Shown: positions 10,596 to 21,053 of the stretch, one piece after another | Layout of the letters: the number at the start of each line of letters is the position of its first letter | How positions within the stretch are numbered: position 1 is the first letter of the stretch | Source: Nitrospinota bacterium | GTDB lineage: Bacteria > Nitrospinota_A > UBA7883 | Length of the DNA stretch: 59,056 bases | Assembly: GCA_029881335.1 (NCBI GenBank) | Contig: JAOUMU010000004.1 | Coordinates: 1-59,056 of the forward strand | Direction of reading: 5' to 3' | Notes under the pieces: generated by a model | The model's input: the letters and a program-made list of their open reading frames with translations, nothing else | The model's database searches: none | Told to the model about the DNA's origin: nothing | Translations under genes and position numbers: made by a program

Positions 10596-10936
10596 CATAA
10601 CTATTTGAATGTATTGGCTCCCAAGCTATGCTTTCTTATAACCGCCATTTGTGGCCTATATATCAGACATCCTTGTCACATCTTGCGGGATATGGCCCTC
10701 CGAAAAGCCCCATAAAATGTGGAGCGCTCCAGTCAGTTTATTTATCATCAGTGGCGGGCCGAATGGGACCAGATCGGGATTTTTACGCGCCCATATAGAT
10801 TCGCTTGCAGGATCCATCCGGTTACGAATCACCGCTTACTGGCGCCCTGCTCCCGCTTTCCCTCGCGTGACGAATTGGGTGTTTATAGGCAGTTTCGCCC
10901 AGGTCGGTTTTGTGATAGAATTTCTCGCTTGGCGAT

Positions 10937-11011
10937 GGGGCAGTAGCTCAGTTGGGAGAGCGCAGCGTTCGCAAGCTGAGGTCAGGGGTTCGATCCCCCT
11001 CTGCTCCACCA
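10937..11011 (+). tRNA. tRNA-Ala (anticodon CGC), 75 nt, anticodon stem lacks one base
   Basis: GGGGCAG/CTGCTCC acceptor stem with G3:U70, D arm GCTC/GAGC, T loop TTCGATC, encoded CCA. Confidence 0.88.
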
Positions 11012-11046
11012 TTCTCACTTCCCATGAATTTCCATAGGGTCCAGGA

Positions 11047-11346
11047 TTGCCAGGCAAAACATGGCCTGCAATTGAGGAGCCAAGATTGGCTGAATCCGAA
11101 GGCGCTTCCCCCGAGAGTAAAATGGCTTTATCCGAAGTTAGTCTTGAATCCGCCGAAAAGAAGGCCGCCGACAAGGTTGAAGTCACAATTCTTCAGGAGG
11201 CCCTCAAGCAGTTTAATGGCAATGTGAAGGAGATAGTAAAATGTCTGAACATGCCTGCAGGTGCAATCCATATGAAGCTCAACTATCCTCCGCCTGTGGA
11301 GTATGAACAACCGAGGCTTGATCCCCAGGGCGCCAGAGGACTATAA
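11047..11346 (+). pseudogene. Possible remnant carrying a degenerate Fis-type HTH (C-terminus of an NtrC-like regulator)
   Basis: AEKKAADKVEVTILQEALKQFNGNVKEIVKCLNM resembles the HTH_8 tail of enhancer-binding proteins; no AAA+ domain and no clear start. Confidence 0.35.
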
Positions 11347-11512
11347 CCTATGTCCAAACGAAAGGATTCGATCCATAATACCTGCAAAGTATCTGATGAA
11401 CCTCATGCCACAGGATTATTGAGACCATTTATATATGCGCCGGTTTCCAGGAGGAAGCAAGAAAGCATTCCCCCACCTGCATACCAGGCCTGCCGCGTGC
11501 CCACGCCGAATA

Positions 11513-14500
11513 TTACGGTGTGGGCGGGCTGTTATGTTCTGGGTGAAACAGGGAGTAGACGGCGGGGATCAGCACCAGCGTGATAAGCGTAGAGCTCAAA
11601 AGACCCCCGATCACCACCCGCGCCAGAGGCGCCTGGGCGTCCGCGCCTTCTCCGATTCCAAACGCCAGGGGTATCAGGGCCAGGATGGTGGTAAGGGTGG
11701 TCATCAGGATCGGCCGTAGCCGACGCCTGCCCGCCTCCACCACTGCGTCGTGGATGTTCATGCCGCTCTCCCGTAGTTGACCCGCCTGGTCCACCAGCAA
11801 AATGGCGTTGTTTACCACTATCCCTCCCAGCATTATCAGGCCGATGTAGGACTGGACGTTGAAGGTGGTGTCTGTGAGGAAGAGCATCAAAAGCGCTCCC
11901 ACCACCGCCAGGGGGACGGATGTCATCACCACCAGCGGAGTTCGCAACGATTCATACAGGGAAGCCAATACCATATACACCAGCGCCAGGGCCATCAGCA
12001 GGGAGATAACCAACTCCCTGGTGGCCTTCTGCTGTTCCTGGTAATTCCCGGCCACCAAAATGTCATACCCGGCGGGGCGGGGAATCTGGTCTAGCGCCTG
12101 TTGCGCGTCGGAGGCGATAGAGCCCATGTCCCTCTCCTTGATGTTGGCCCGCACCGTCACCACCCGCTGCTGGTCCTTGCGGGTGATCAGCAACGGGCCC
12201 CGGCCAGGCTCCGCGGTGACCAGGTTTCGAAGGGGCGCCTGCTCTCCAGAGGCGGTGGTGAGGGTAAGGTTCAATATCTCATCCATGGAGCGCTTTTCCG
12301 CGTCCTTCAGTTGGGCGAAAATGCGATAGGAGTTTCCCCCGGCCCGGAACTCGCCCGCCCTGGATCCGGCCACCGCCGTTTCCAGGGTTTCCGTCACATC
12401 CCGGACACTGAGTCCCATATCCGCAGCCTTGTTCCGGTTGATCCGGATCTGTTGCTGCGGGACACCTGCGTCCTGGTCCACCTCTATATCGGTGACGCCT
12501 GGGACTTTTGCGATGGCCTTGGCGGCTCGCTGGGCCAGGGCGTTGATTATATCCAGCTCGAATCCCCGGATTTCCAGGATAAGCCCCTGGTCTCCTCCCA
12601 GCAGCCGCTCCAGCAGGAACTGGCCTTGCGGCGCCGTCACCCGGATATCCATGCCGGGGATCGCCCCGGAAAGAATGTCCCGCAGGTCGTCGGCGATCCT
12701 CTTGTTGGATCTTTCCCTTTCAGCCGAGGGGGATAGGGAAAGATTGATGGAGCCTTGCGCGGCCTGGTTCGGGTTCCAGCCGGAAGCCCCCACGCTCGCC
12801 ACCCAGGCTCGCATTTCCGGCACGGCGTCTTGCGCCATCCGCTCCATACGCTTTGTTTGCCGATCCACCAGGTCCAGTTTGGTTCCCACTTCCATCTTGC
12901 CGTTGACCCGCACCTCCCCTTCGTCGCTGGGCGGCAAGAACTCCGATCCGATGAACGGCAAAAGCAGCAGGCTGGCCCCCAGGGCCGTCACGGAAAGGAT
13001 GACCGTGAGCCCTCGATGACCCAGCGCCAAATCAATCAGGCTCCGGTACCCGGTCTCCAGGCGATGAAATATGGTGGCCGCGCTGGCGGCGAGGCTCTGG
13101 ATCCATCCTGTTCTCCCGGCCCCCACGCCTCCGCCGGAGGCCAGCAGGTTAGAAGCAAGCATCGGCACCAGGCTCAAAGAGACGATCAGCGAGCAGGCCA
13201 GCGAGAATATGATCACATAGGCCAGCTCCTTGAAAAGAACGCCGGTGATTCCCCTAGTGAAGGCCAACGGGAGGAAGATCACAAGAGTGGTCAGGGTGCT
13301 GGCTATTATCGCCGGGGCCACCTCCATAGCGCCTTCCACCGAGGCCACCTTGGGCTGTTCATGGTTTTCATTGCGCCGTCTATAGATGTTCTCCAGCACT
13401 ACGATGGAACTATCCACCATCATCCCCACACCGAGAGCCAGGCCCCCCAGGGTCATCAGGTTCAGCGTGAATCCGGCGAAAAAAAGCAATGCGAAGGCGC
13501 CCACCACGGAGATGGGAATAGCCAGAGCGATCACCACCGTGCTGCGGACGTTTCGCAGGAAAAAGAGCAATACCAGCACCGCCAAACCGCCGCCGTATAC
13601 CACCGATTGGGCCACATTGAAGATGGACCTTTCTATGAAGTTACCCTGGTTTATCACCGCTTTCACATTGATCTGGGGAAACGCCCTGTTGATGGAGTCC
13701 ACCTCCGCCAAAACCCCCTTTGCCACCTCCACAGTATTGGCGTTCGATTGCTTTCTTATACCGGCCCGCAGACCTCGCCAGCCATCGACGCGGACCGTGC
13801 GCGTCTGCTTCTCGTATGTGTCCACCACTTCTGCCACCTGGCCGATCCTGACGGCGGACCCATCCTTCTGAAAAATGATAGTGTCGCGAATTTCCTTCAG
13901 GTCTGTGAACTCCGCCGGCGCCCGCAGGGTCACCTCGTATTTTCCCTCTTCGATCTTGCCCGTGGGTAGGTCCAGGTTGGCGTTCCGGATCGCGTTGGTC
14001 ACAAGGTTGATCGGCAGGCGCAGGGCGGCCAGCTTGTCCGGATCGATTTCTATCCTGATCTCCCTTTTGAACTCGCCCCATGTGTCCACCTGGGCCACGC
14101 CGGGAACCCGCGCCAGGCGGTAGCGGATCTGGTCATCTATCAGCTCCGTGAGTTCCACCGGATCGAGCTTACTGGAAATGCCGAGTATGATAACGGGGAA
14201 AGTGTTGACATCGAACTTGCTTACCCTGGGCCTGACGATATCGTCCGGAAATTCATTTATCTCGTCTTCCAGTGTGGCCTGGACATCAACCGAGGCGGTA
14301 TTGATATCCGTACCCCAGGCGAAAGTCACCCTCACATTGCTGTTTCCATCGGAGGAGATTGAGTTCATCTCCTCAACGCCGGGGACCGTGGCTACTATTT
14401 CCTCGAGAATCTGCGTTATAAGCCGCTCCATTACCTCCGGGCTGGCGCCTTCGTATTGCGTGCGGATGCTCAGGGTGGGCAATTCGATATCGGGAAGAAG

Positions 14501-14605
14501 ATCCACCCGCAATCTGGTGAGCGACATGATCCCCAGGACGACCACGATCAGTGTCACCATCGTGGCGAAGACAGGTCGCCTTACGCTGAATCCGGGCAGG
14601 CTCAC
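11513..14605 (-). CDS. RND efflux transporter permease subunit (AcrB/CzcA-like)
   Basis: FSVRRPV N-terminus, [38 protein letters not shown]; GTG start overlaps the stop of the adaptor gene (GTGA). Confidence 0.93.
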   Translation of the reverse strand: MSLPGFSVRRPVFATMVTLIVVVLGIMSLTRLRVDLLPDIELPTLSIRTQYEGASPEVMERLITQILEEIVATVPGVEEMNSISSDGNSNVRVTFAWGTDINTASVDVQATLEDEINEFPDDIVRPRVSKFDVNTFPVIILGISSKLDPVELTELIDDQIRYRLARVPGVAQVDTWGEFKREIRIEIDPDKLAALRLPINLVTNAIRNANLDLPTGKIEEGKYEVTLRAPAEFTDLKEIRDTIIFQKDGSAVRIGQVAEVVDTYEKQTRTVRVDGWRGLRAGIRKQSNANTVEVAKGVLAEVDSINRAFPQINVKAVINQGNFIERSIFNVAQSVVYGGGLAVLVLLFFLRNVRSTVVIALAIPISVVGAFALLFFAGFTLNLMTLGGLALGVGMMVDSSIVVLENIYRRRNENHEQPKVASVEGAMEVAPAIIASTLTTLVIFLPLAFTRGITGVLFKELAYVIIFSLACSLIVSLSLVPMLASNLLASGGGVGAGRTGWIQSLAASAATIFHRLETGYRSLIDLALGHRGLTVILSVTALGASLLLLPFIGSEFLPPSDEGEVRVNGKMEVGTKLDLVDRQTKRMERMAQDAVPEMRAWVASVGASGWNPNQAAQGSINLSLSPSAERERSNKRIADDLRDILSGAIPGMDIRVTAPQGQFLLERLLGGDQGLILEIRGFELDIINALAQRAAKAIAKVPGVTDIEVDQDAGVPQQQIRINRNKAADMGLSVRDVTETLETAVAGSRAGEFRAGGNSYRIFAQLKDAEKRSMDEILNLTLTTASGEQAPLRNLVTAEPGRGPLLITRKDQQRVVTVRANIKERDMGSIASDAQQALDQIPRPAGYDILVAGNYQEQQKATRELVISLLMALALVYMVLASLYESLRTPLVVMTSVPLAVVGALLMLFLTDTTFNVQSYIGLIMLGGIVVNNAILLVDQAGQLRESGMNIHDAVVEAGRRRLRPILMTTLTTILALIPLAFGIGEGADAQAPLARVVIGGLLSSTLITLVLIPAVYSLFHPEHNSPPTP

Positions 14606-15813
14606 GGGTTGTCTTTCGCCTTTGGGGCTGGGGCAGGTTTTTCCCCGCCATCGGGTATGGAGATGGTGGATCCATCGTTGAGCAGGTGCTGGCCCAATGT
14701 TACCACCCTGCCGGAAAGCCCTTCGCCGGTCACCTGGGCCAGTCCGCCCTCCCGGATACCCACATTCGTCTCTCGCCATGCCACGGTTTTGCCGTCTTCC
14801 CGGACCAGGAACAGGCCATCGTGTCCTCCGCGAGTGGTCAGCGCCTCCTCCGGCACCAGGGTGGCCCCATCCGCTTCACCCAGGGATACTATGACCTGGA
14901 TGAACATTCCAGGTTTCAGCCGGTTACTACTGTTGTCGATATTCAACTCCACTCTGGCCTGTCGGGTGGTTTGGCGGAAGATCGGGGCTATGCGCTCAAT
15001 GACGCCCTGGAACGTTTCCCCCGGATACGCCTCCGTGGTCAAGACGGCCTTTTGACCCGGCGCCAGTCTGGAGTAGTCCTTTTCTGAAACATAAAAAACT
15101 CCCGTTATGGGATTTAACTCCACGATTTGGACCAGGGGCGTGTTCGCCGAGACGATGTATCCTTCATCTATATAACGCTCCGCCACCACCCGCTGCTCGG
15201 CGCCGCCGGTCCAGCTTGCGGTAATAGTGGTGTATCCCAGCCGGATGTTAGCCGCTTCCAATCCTGCCAAGGCGCTAGATAGTTTGGCCCTGGCCACCTC
15301 CATTTGCGCGCGTTTTTCCAGTTCCTTGGCCTTGGCTTCGTCATGCTGGGCTTCATGGGCGATCTTCTGCTCCAGCAGAAGCTCCACCCGCTTTGTCTCC
15401 CGAAGAGAGATAAGCAATACGCTTTTCGCTTCGGCAAGGGTGGCTTGAGCCACGGCCACATCCGCCCTCGCCTGGGCCACAGACTGGACATACTCCTCAT
15501 CGTCCAACCTGGCGATAAGCTGTCCACGCGAAATTGTGTCTCCGATATCCACTTCCAGGCTGGCCACCCGTCCCCCTATTTTTGGGGCCGCATTGAACTT
15601 TGCGGTGGATTCCAGGGCGCCGCTGAAGGTTCGTGTCAGTTCGATAGCACCTTGCCTGATCAGGGCCACTTCCACAGGCGCCGGAGGAGTGAAGTGGTTA
15701 TTCCCTTTCCTGCCCGCGTCCTCGCCCATTCGGCCGACCAGCTTCACACTGGTGACCGCGACCAATAAAACCACGGCGGCGGCGGACACTACCTTAATCG
15801 ACAATATTTTCAA
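14602..15813 (-). CDS. RND efflux periplasmic adaptor (membrane fusion protein)
   Basis: N-terminal anchor, lipoyl half-motifs, helical hairpin, LKPGMF. Confidence 0.9.
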   Translation of the reverse strand: MKILSIKVVSAAAVVLLVAVTSVKLVGRMGEDAGRKGNNHFTPPAPVEVALIRQGAIELTRTFSGALESTAKFNAAPKIGGRVASLEVDIGDTISRGQLIARLDDEEYVQSVAQARADVAVAQATLAEAKSVLLISLRETKRVELLLEQKIAHEAQHDEAKAKELEKRAQMEVARAKLSSALAGLEAANIRLGYTTITASWTGGAEQRVVAERYIDEGYIVSANTPLVQIVELNPITGVFYVSEKDYSRLAPGQKAVLTTEAYPGETFQGVIERIAPIFRQTTRQARVELNIDNSSNRLKPGMFIQVIVSLGEADGATLVPEEALTTRGGHDGLFLVREDGKTVAWRETNVGIREGGLAQVTGEGLSGRVVTLGQHLLNDGSTISIPDGGEKPAPAPKAKDNP

Positions 15814-15985
15814 GTCTCAATTCTCAATATTTCTTATGATGACGCAAGAAGCATATATCTCACATTCTAAATCAGTTGACCGATTACTCTCCCGAATTTA
15901 TTTGCGTAATGGCCGGGGAAGGGTTAATAAGTGTGTATGAAACAGGGAGTGTGGAACGCGACAATCGGAGAGCAGGATTGAAGAG

Positions 15986-16579
15986 ATGAACACCAAACAG
16001 GAAGGTCCGCATCTGGAGAGGCTGACTCACCGGCTGGCCCAATGCCCCGGGGAGTTTCTGGCCGAGCCGCTCATCAAGAGCCGGGGGAAGGTGGACACAG
16101 GGGCGGTGGTCAGCGACACACTGATGGATATGGGTGGAAACCTCTTGTCGAGTGAAGAATCCAACACAAGCTTCTCCTCTGAAAAAGCGGATCAAAAGAA
16201 CCGCTTGCGCCTGATCCTGATAGGCGCGTGGCTGTGCCATGACGAGTGGCTGATCCAAAAAAAGAAATACGCAGAACCCGCCAAAAAGTGGCTTGCCTCC
16301 GGGCTGGACGGCCTGGCCAGTCTGGTGGCGGCGGAGCTGTTCGTCACCGATCCGGACCGGAGGGAGGAGCTGGCGCGGCTGCTGCTGGCCGCCCTGGATT
16401 TACTCCCTACCGGGGAAACCGAGGCTCAGGCAAGCGACCGCCTGCAGTGCCTGGATAGCGTGACAAGGGATAAAGTGATTCGCCAGACGAGGGAGAAGGA
16501 GAAAAGAGCCCGCAAGCTGCGGGAGAAAATGGCCGCGGACGCCGCTCGCGAGGCTGCCGCCAAGGTAAACCGGGAGTGA
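15986..16579 (+). CDS. Hypothetical protein, tightly linked to the downstream ligase
   Basis: 197-aa ORF ending 6 bp before the next ATG; charged helical C-terminus. Confidence 0.7.
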   Translation: MNTKQEGPHLERLTHRLAQCPGEFLAEPLIKSRGKVDTGAVVSDTLMDMGGNLLSSEESNTSFSSEKADQKNRLRLILIGAWLCHDEWLIQKKKYAEPAKKWLASGLDGLASLVAAELFVTDPDRREELARLLLAALDLLPTGETEAQASDRLQCLDSVTRDKVIRQTREKEKRARKLREKMAADAAREAAAKVNRE

Positions 16580-16585
16580 CATAAG

Positions 16586-17998
16586 ATGGTATGGAGATGG
16601 AAATCAGCGCTGCCGGAGGAAATTCCCACCGAAAGGATGGAGCGCAATCCCTTGATCACCAGAGAGGGGATCAGGACGCTAAACAGCATTCTGAAAAATC
16701 CCCATGCCCCGGTATGGAACTACCAGGTGGGGGATCGGCTGCGGGCCGAAGACCTGCCTGCCGTGGAGCGGTTCCGAAAAAGCCTGTTCAATCGGAGCGC
16801 GCCGTTGGGCGCCGGGATCCCGGCGAATATTATAGAGTTGGTGGCGGCTATGCGGCCACGCTCCCTTGTCTTCATGGAGCGCATCCCGGAGGGGGCCAGC
16901 CTGGAGAGGGATTGGGAGAGTATACCCACCATGAGCCGCGAGGATATCGTATTACGGATTGACGATATCGTCCCCCTGGATGCCGACCTTTCCCGAATGA
17001 TCGTGTACGAGACCTCCGGGACCACTGGTCATGCCCTTGACGTTCCCCATCATCCATGCGCCATGGCGAAGAACCATCCGGTGCTCGAATATATATTGGC
17101 CCAATACGGTGTGGCGCCTGGATTCGGCCCGGATGTGACAGCATGTCTTAATGTGGGCGCCGAGGAGCACACTGTCGTCTTCGCCAACGTTTTCTCCGTG
17201 TGGAATGACGCCGGTTTCGCCAAGGTCAATATCCACCCTGGCTCCTGGCGGCGGGAGGGGGATATCCACCAGTTTTTCCAGAGCCTTGCGCCGCTCTTCC
17301 TCACCGGGGATCCGGTCGCCTTCGCGCAGATGATGAAGTGGGAAATAGCAGCCCGACCGTTGGCCATGATCTCCACCGCCGTGGAGCTCAACCCCGGCCT
17401 GAAGGCCCGGCTGGAGGAGCGTTACGGATGCCCGGTCATCGACTATTACTCCACCACGGAGACGGGGCCCATCGCCTGCTCCTTGCCGGGTGAGGATGCG
17501 CTTGGCGTTATCTGCCCGGATATATATGTGGAGGCGATCGATGATGACGGTTGCACAGTGGCGGAAGGGGAAGTGGGGGAGATCACCGTGACTGGCGGGC
17601 GCAATCCTTTCGTTCCCCTATTGAGATACCGCACCGGGGATTTCGGACGGGTGGTCCGGGATGAAAGGGGGGCCCGGATTCTGGACCTGAAGGCCAGGCA
17701 GGCGGTTTCTTTTATCTCCAGCTCCGGATCGATGGTACATCCACTGGATATAGGGAGGACGTTGCGGCTGAGCCCTTTCGTGCAGAGCCAGTTTATCCAG
17801 AGGAGGGACAAATCCATCGACCTGACGATCCGACCGGCGCCGGGAGAGAGCATGGGGGAGGGGGTCATCGAAGAGCGGCTGAGGTTTCTGTTCGGCGTGG
17901 ATCAGGTGATAAGGGTCCATATGGATGAGAACCTGGGCAAGGGGGAGCGTGGGGGGAAGGTGATTCCCTTCATTTGTGAACTGGGGCAGGCGCTGTAA
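16586..17998 (+). CDS. Phenylacetate-CoA ligase/CapK-like adenylate-forming enzyme
   Basis: ETSGTTGH, YSTTETG and LLRYRTGD adenylation motifs. Confidence 0.85.
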   Translation: MVWRWKSALPEEIPTERMERNPLITREGIRTLNSILKNPHAPVWNYQVGDRLRAEDLPAVERFRKSLFNRSAPLGAGIPANIIELVAAMRPRSLVFMERIPEGASLERDWESIPTMSREDIVLRIDDIVPLDADLSRMIVYETSGTTGHALDVPHHPCAMAKNHPVLEYILAQYGVAPGFGPDVTACLNVGAEEHTVVFANVFSVWNDAGFAKVNIHPGSWRREGDIHQFFQSLAPLFLTGDPVAFAQMMKWEIAARPLAMISTAVELNPGLKARLEERYGCPVIDYYSTTETGPIACSLPGEDALGVICPDIYVEAIDDDGCTVAEGEVGEITVTGGRNPFVPLLRYRTGDFGRVVRDERGARILDLKARQAVSFISSSGSMVHPLDIGRTLRLSPFVQSQFIQRRDKSIDLTIRPAPGESMGEGVIEERLRFLFGVDQVIRVHMDENLGKGERGGKVIPFICELGQAL

Positions 17999-18003
17999 CC
18001 GGG

Positions 18004-18999
18004 TCATCCAGTATGGACCCGGCCTCCACTGGCCAGCAGGCGGTCCACAGCGTGGATCGCTTTTTCGAATCGCTCATCCCACGAGCCGCTGATCTTCACA
18101 AATGGCCTGTCGCGCGATTCCAGCTCATGGAGGCAGCGCTCATGGAACCATTTGCGCTTATGGGGAAGGTAGCGTTGCGGATCCTTCACGAACGGGGTGT
18201 CCATGTCCAGTAGGAGGTATAGATCATACTGCCGTTTTTCCGCTTCCTCCCTGATCCGTGGGGGGCAGTTATCGAAAAGCGCCTCGCTCCATATGGTGGT
18301 TGTGATAAGGTCCGTGTCGCAGAAAAGGATTCGGTTGGCCATCCGGGCCATCGCCTCCTCGGAAGCCGCCTGCCCCCTGGCGATTCTGGGTATGTCCTCC
18401 GGATAGCATTCATCGTTCTGCAGGTTCAGCATCCCCCTGGCGTATTCGCTGACATATGCGGTGTCATAATGCGCCGCCAGATTTTTGGCCATGGTGCTCT
18501 TGCCGGCTGACTCGGGGCCGAACAGGCACACGCGCAATGCGTAATATGGCCGGACGCAGGGAGGGATGTATTTCCAGTTTGTCATAGGGTCGGCGCGCAG
18601 GGCCTCGCCGGAGATCGGCGCCAGTTCCCTGGCGTGGTCCACGGGGACGTACCTGGCCCCCAATACCTCCGCCAGCCGATATCCGTAATCCTCCGAGGCG
18701 AAGACGTAATCCGGCCCGGAGGAGACGAAGCGCCGGATGCTGGCGAGCCATATGTCCCAAAAATCGGGATGCTCATGTGGGAACTGGGGATTCTCATCGG
18801 CGCAATGGACCACATTCACATCTGGGAACATCTCCCTCATCCATCGATACCGCAGATCACCGGGGATAGGCTCCGCCTGGATGGTGGCCACCATCACCGT
18901 AAGCTCTTTCACATAGTTGCGGGCGAAATCCACCAGGTATTGATGCCCCAGGTGTGGGGGCAGGAACTTGCCCAGCAGCATGCCGGTTCCCTGTTTCAT
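18004..18999 (-). CDS. nadR: NadR-like NMN adenylyltransferase / ribosylnicotinamide kinase without HTH
   Basis: GKFLPPHLGH nucleotidyltransferase motif, GPESAGKST P-loop, LFCDTD; ATG overlaps the pnuC stop. Confidence 0.88.
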   Translation of the reverse strand: MKQGTGMLLGKFLPPHLGHQYLVDFARNYVKELTVMVATIQAEPIPGDLRYRWMREMFPDVNVVHCADENPQFPHEHPDFWDIWLASIRRFVSSGPDYVFASEDYGYRLAEVLGARYVPVDHARELAPISGEALRADPMTNWKYIPPCVRPYYALRVCLFGPESAGKSTMAKNLAAHYDTAYVSEYARGMLNLQNDECYPEDIPRIARGQAASEEAMARMANRILFCDTDLITTTIWSEALFDNCPPRIREEAEKRQYDLYLLLDMDTPFVKDPQRYLPHKRKWFHERCLHELESRDRPFVKISGSWDERFEKAIHAVDRLLASGGRVHTG

Positions 19000-19547
19000 A
19001 AGGTTCGCCTCCATGCAAAATATCCGATGGTGGCCAGGGCCAGGAACACCATGTAGAGTCCCGCGGTGAGGGAGAGCCCCTTTAGCGCGTATATGGCCAC
19101 ACTGATAATGTCCACAGTGATCCAGATCAGCCAGCTTTCCAGAATCTTTTTGGCCATGAGCCATTGGGCGATAAGGCTAAGGGTGGTGGTGACAGCGTCG
19201 GCGAAGGCGAAATCGGCGTCGGTGTATCTCTCCATTGTGTAGCCCAGGGCCGTGGCGGTCGCCATGGCTATCACGCTCCAGGCTGCCGCCCCCAGGCGTG
19301 AAAGCCGCGTGACCTTCAGCTCGCTATGCTTTTGGCCACCGTGCAGCCAGTTGTGCCAGCCGTATATCTGCATGAAGATATAAACGAACTGCAACCCCAT
19401 GTCCGAGTATAGCCTGGCGTCGAAAAAAATAAATATGTAGAGGGTCACCATGACCAGCCCCGTGGGCCAGCACCATATGCTCTGCCGCACGGTCAGCCAT
19501 ACACACGCCAGGCCGAATAAAACGGCGCTTGTCTCGATCAAACTCAT
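18996..19547 (-). CDS. pnuC: Nicotinamide riboside transporter PnuC
   Basis: IWCWPTG, QIYGWHNW, AQWLMAKKILESWLIWITVD; adjacent to nadR. Confidence 0.9.
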   Translation of the reverse strand: MSLIETSAVLFGLACVWLTVRQSIWCWPTGLVMVTLYIFIFFDARLYSDMGLQFVYIFMQIYGWHNWLHGGQKHSELKVTRLSRLGAAAWSVIAMATATALGYTMERYTDADFAFADAVTTTLSLIAQWLMAKKILESWLIWITVDIISVAIYALKGLSLTAGLYMVFLALATIGYFAWRRTL

Positions 19548-19822
19548 TTTGCACGTTGGTTTATTTTCAGGGTACGATAATGATAACAGACTGCCGGGAG
19601 TGTCGTTTATCGCTGATATCGAAACCCAGAGGAGATGTCCAACCCAAGAATCTCTGTGGATCATATGGTACGTTCCAATACCAGTCACGTTGTCTTGAAT
19701 CAGGACAGACGGTTCGGCTGTAGGGATTTTGTGACCCCAAACCTTGAAAACCATGAGTGTCTAACCTGTTTAAAAACAAAACGTAATCCTTGGTCGCTAG
19801 ACTGAATTTAATTGTCGATGGT

Positions 19823-19839
19823 TTGGCCCGGATCCTGCT
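19823..19839 (+). promoter_or_regulatory. Putative sigma54 -24/-12 promoter of the multiheme cytochrome cluster
   Basis: TTGGCCCGGATCCTGCT: GG-N10-GC with two mismatches to consensus, 70 bp upstream of ATG 19910. Confidence 0.55.
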
Positions 19840-19909
19840 CTAAGTTAGCGGGAAAACTGAATCAAGCTGGCAACCAAGGATAATTTCTTGGGGGTATGAG
19901 GGAATTTTA

Positions 19910-20812
19910 ATGGACTATTTAGTGATGAGTAGAAAAAATTATATTAGAATGCTTCCGATCCTGGCCATTGCGGTGGCCGCGGGGATGTTCACCGGTTGCG
20001 GTGATGTGACGATCAACACGGATCAGTTTGGCTTGCCTGTCAACAATAATAGTACAGGCGACCTGGGCGGGAAAGGGCAAACCCCCGATCCCTCCTGGCA
20101 CAACTCATATCTGGATGGCCGTCACTCATCCTTTGTGTGCACCGATTGTCATGTTTCCACTGCCAGGACCGATATGGGAGAGACGGACCTGGCGCGGTCC
20201 CCTTTCCGGGAAACCCCTAAGGACCAGATATGCTCCCGGTGCCACATGGGGGATTACAACAGAACCTCCCTTTTCAATCACACAGTGGCAAATACAGGGA
20301 CCTACTGCAACTCCTGTCATTACTCAGACAGCTTCACCGCGCATACCAGGATTTCAGCCGATACGTATCACGGCCTGATCGGCGGATCCTGCTCATCTTG
20401 CCACTCCAACAGGACTCCCGGCAACCACCGCGCCGATGGCAGGGCTTCAGCGTGCGAGAGATGTCATAGTTACCCCAGTTGGAGCGGCGCTTCTGGCGCT
20501 CACACGGCCACCTCCAATTGCGTGAGTTGCCACGCCGCCAGGACTCCTGGCAATCACCAGAGGGATGGAAGAACCTCCAAATGTGAGAACTGCCACAATT
20601 ATCCGGATTGGAGTAACGCCTCCTTCAGCCATTCCGGGGTTTCCACCGGATGCGCCAGCTGCCACAGCAGGCATTACAGTGGTTACGCTTGCGAGTCTTG
20701 CCACACCTCCGGGATAAGCTGGTCTTATAAGCACTCAAGGGTGCGATCCGATGGGTGCATTGCTTGCCATGACGGCGACGGGCATGGCGACGGGCATGGC
20801 GATGATGACTAG
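19910..20812 (+). CDS. Decaheme c-type cytochrome, lipoprotein
   Basis: Lipobox MFTGC; 10 CxxCH; His/Asp tail HDGDGHGDGHGDDD. Confidence 0.9.
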   Translation: MDYLVMSRKNYIRMLPILAIAVAAGMFTGCGDVTINTDQFGLPVNNNSTGDLGGKGQTPDPSWHNSYLDGRHSSFVCTDCHVSTARTDMGETDLARSPFRETPKDQICSRCHMGDYNRTSLFNHTVANTGTYCNSCHYSDSFTAHTRISADTYHGLIGGSCSSCHSNRTPGNHRADGRASACERCHSYPSWSGASGAHTATSNCVSCHAARTPGNHQRDGRTSKCENCHNYPDWSNASFSHSGVSTGCASCHSRHYSGYACESCHTSGISWSYKHSRVRSDGCIACHDGDGHGDGHGDDD

Positions 20813-21053
20813 CATTCAACTTGAAGCATGTAATGTGGGGAGCATCCGGAAATTGTCCGGATGCTTCCTCGTTTCACGGCTTGGATAGGTGTACATTGGG
20901 TATAATGAAGCTGGAGACGCGCAGGATCGGCGCAAAGGTTGATAAGGCTCCAGGCTCCCGGAGTTTCTCGGAGTTTGGCTTGTAGTGAAAGAGGTCTTAT
21001 CATGAAGATGGGTCGTTTGTAGTTGATGAAGGCTGGCTGGTTCTGAATTAAAT

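Noticed and set aside
12755-13969. 404-aa His-rich plus-strand ORF
   Set aside because: Antisense shadow of the hydrophobic RND permease
11513-15813. RND pump pair without a TolC gene
   Set aside because: Common arrangement; the outer-membrane channel is usually encoded elsewhere
18004-19547. pnuC-nadR lacking the repressor HTH
   Set aside because: Known salvage arrangement; not novel
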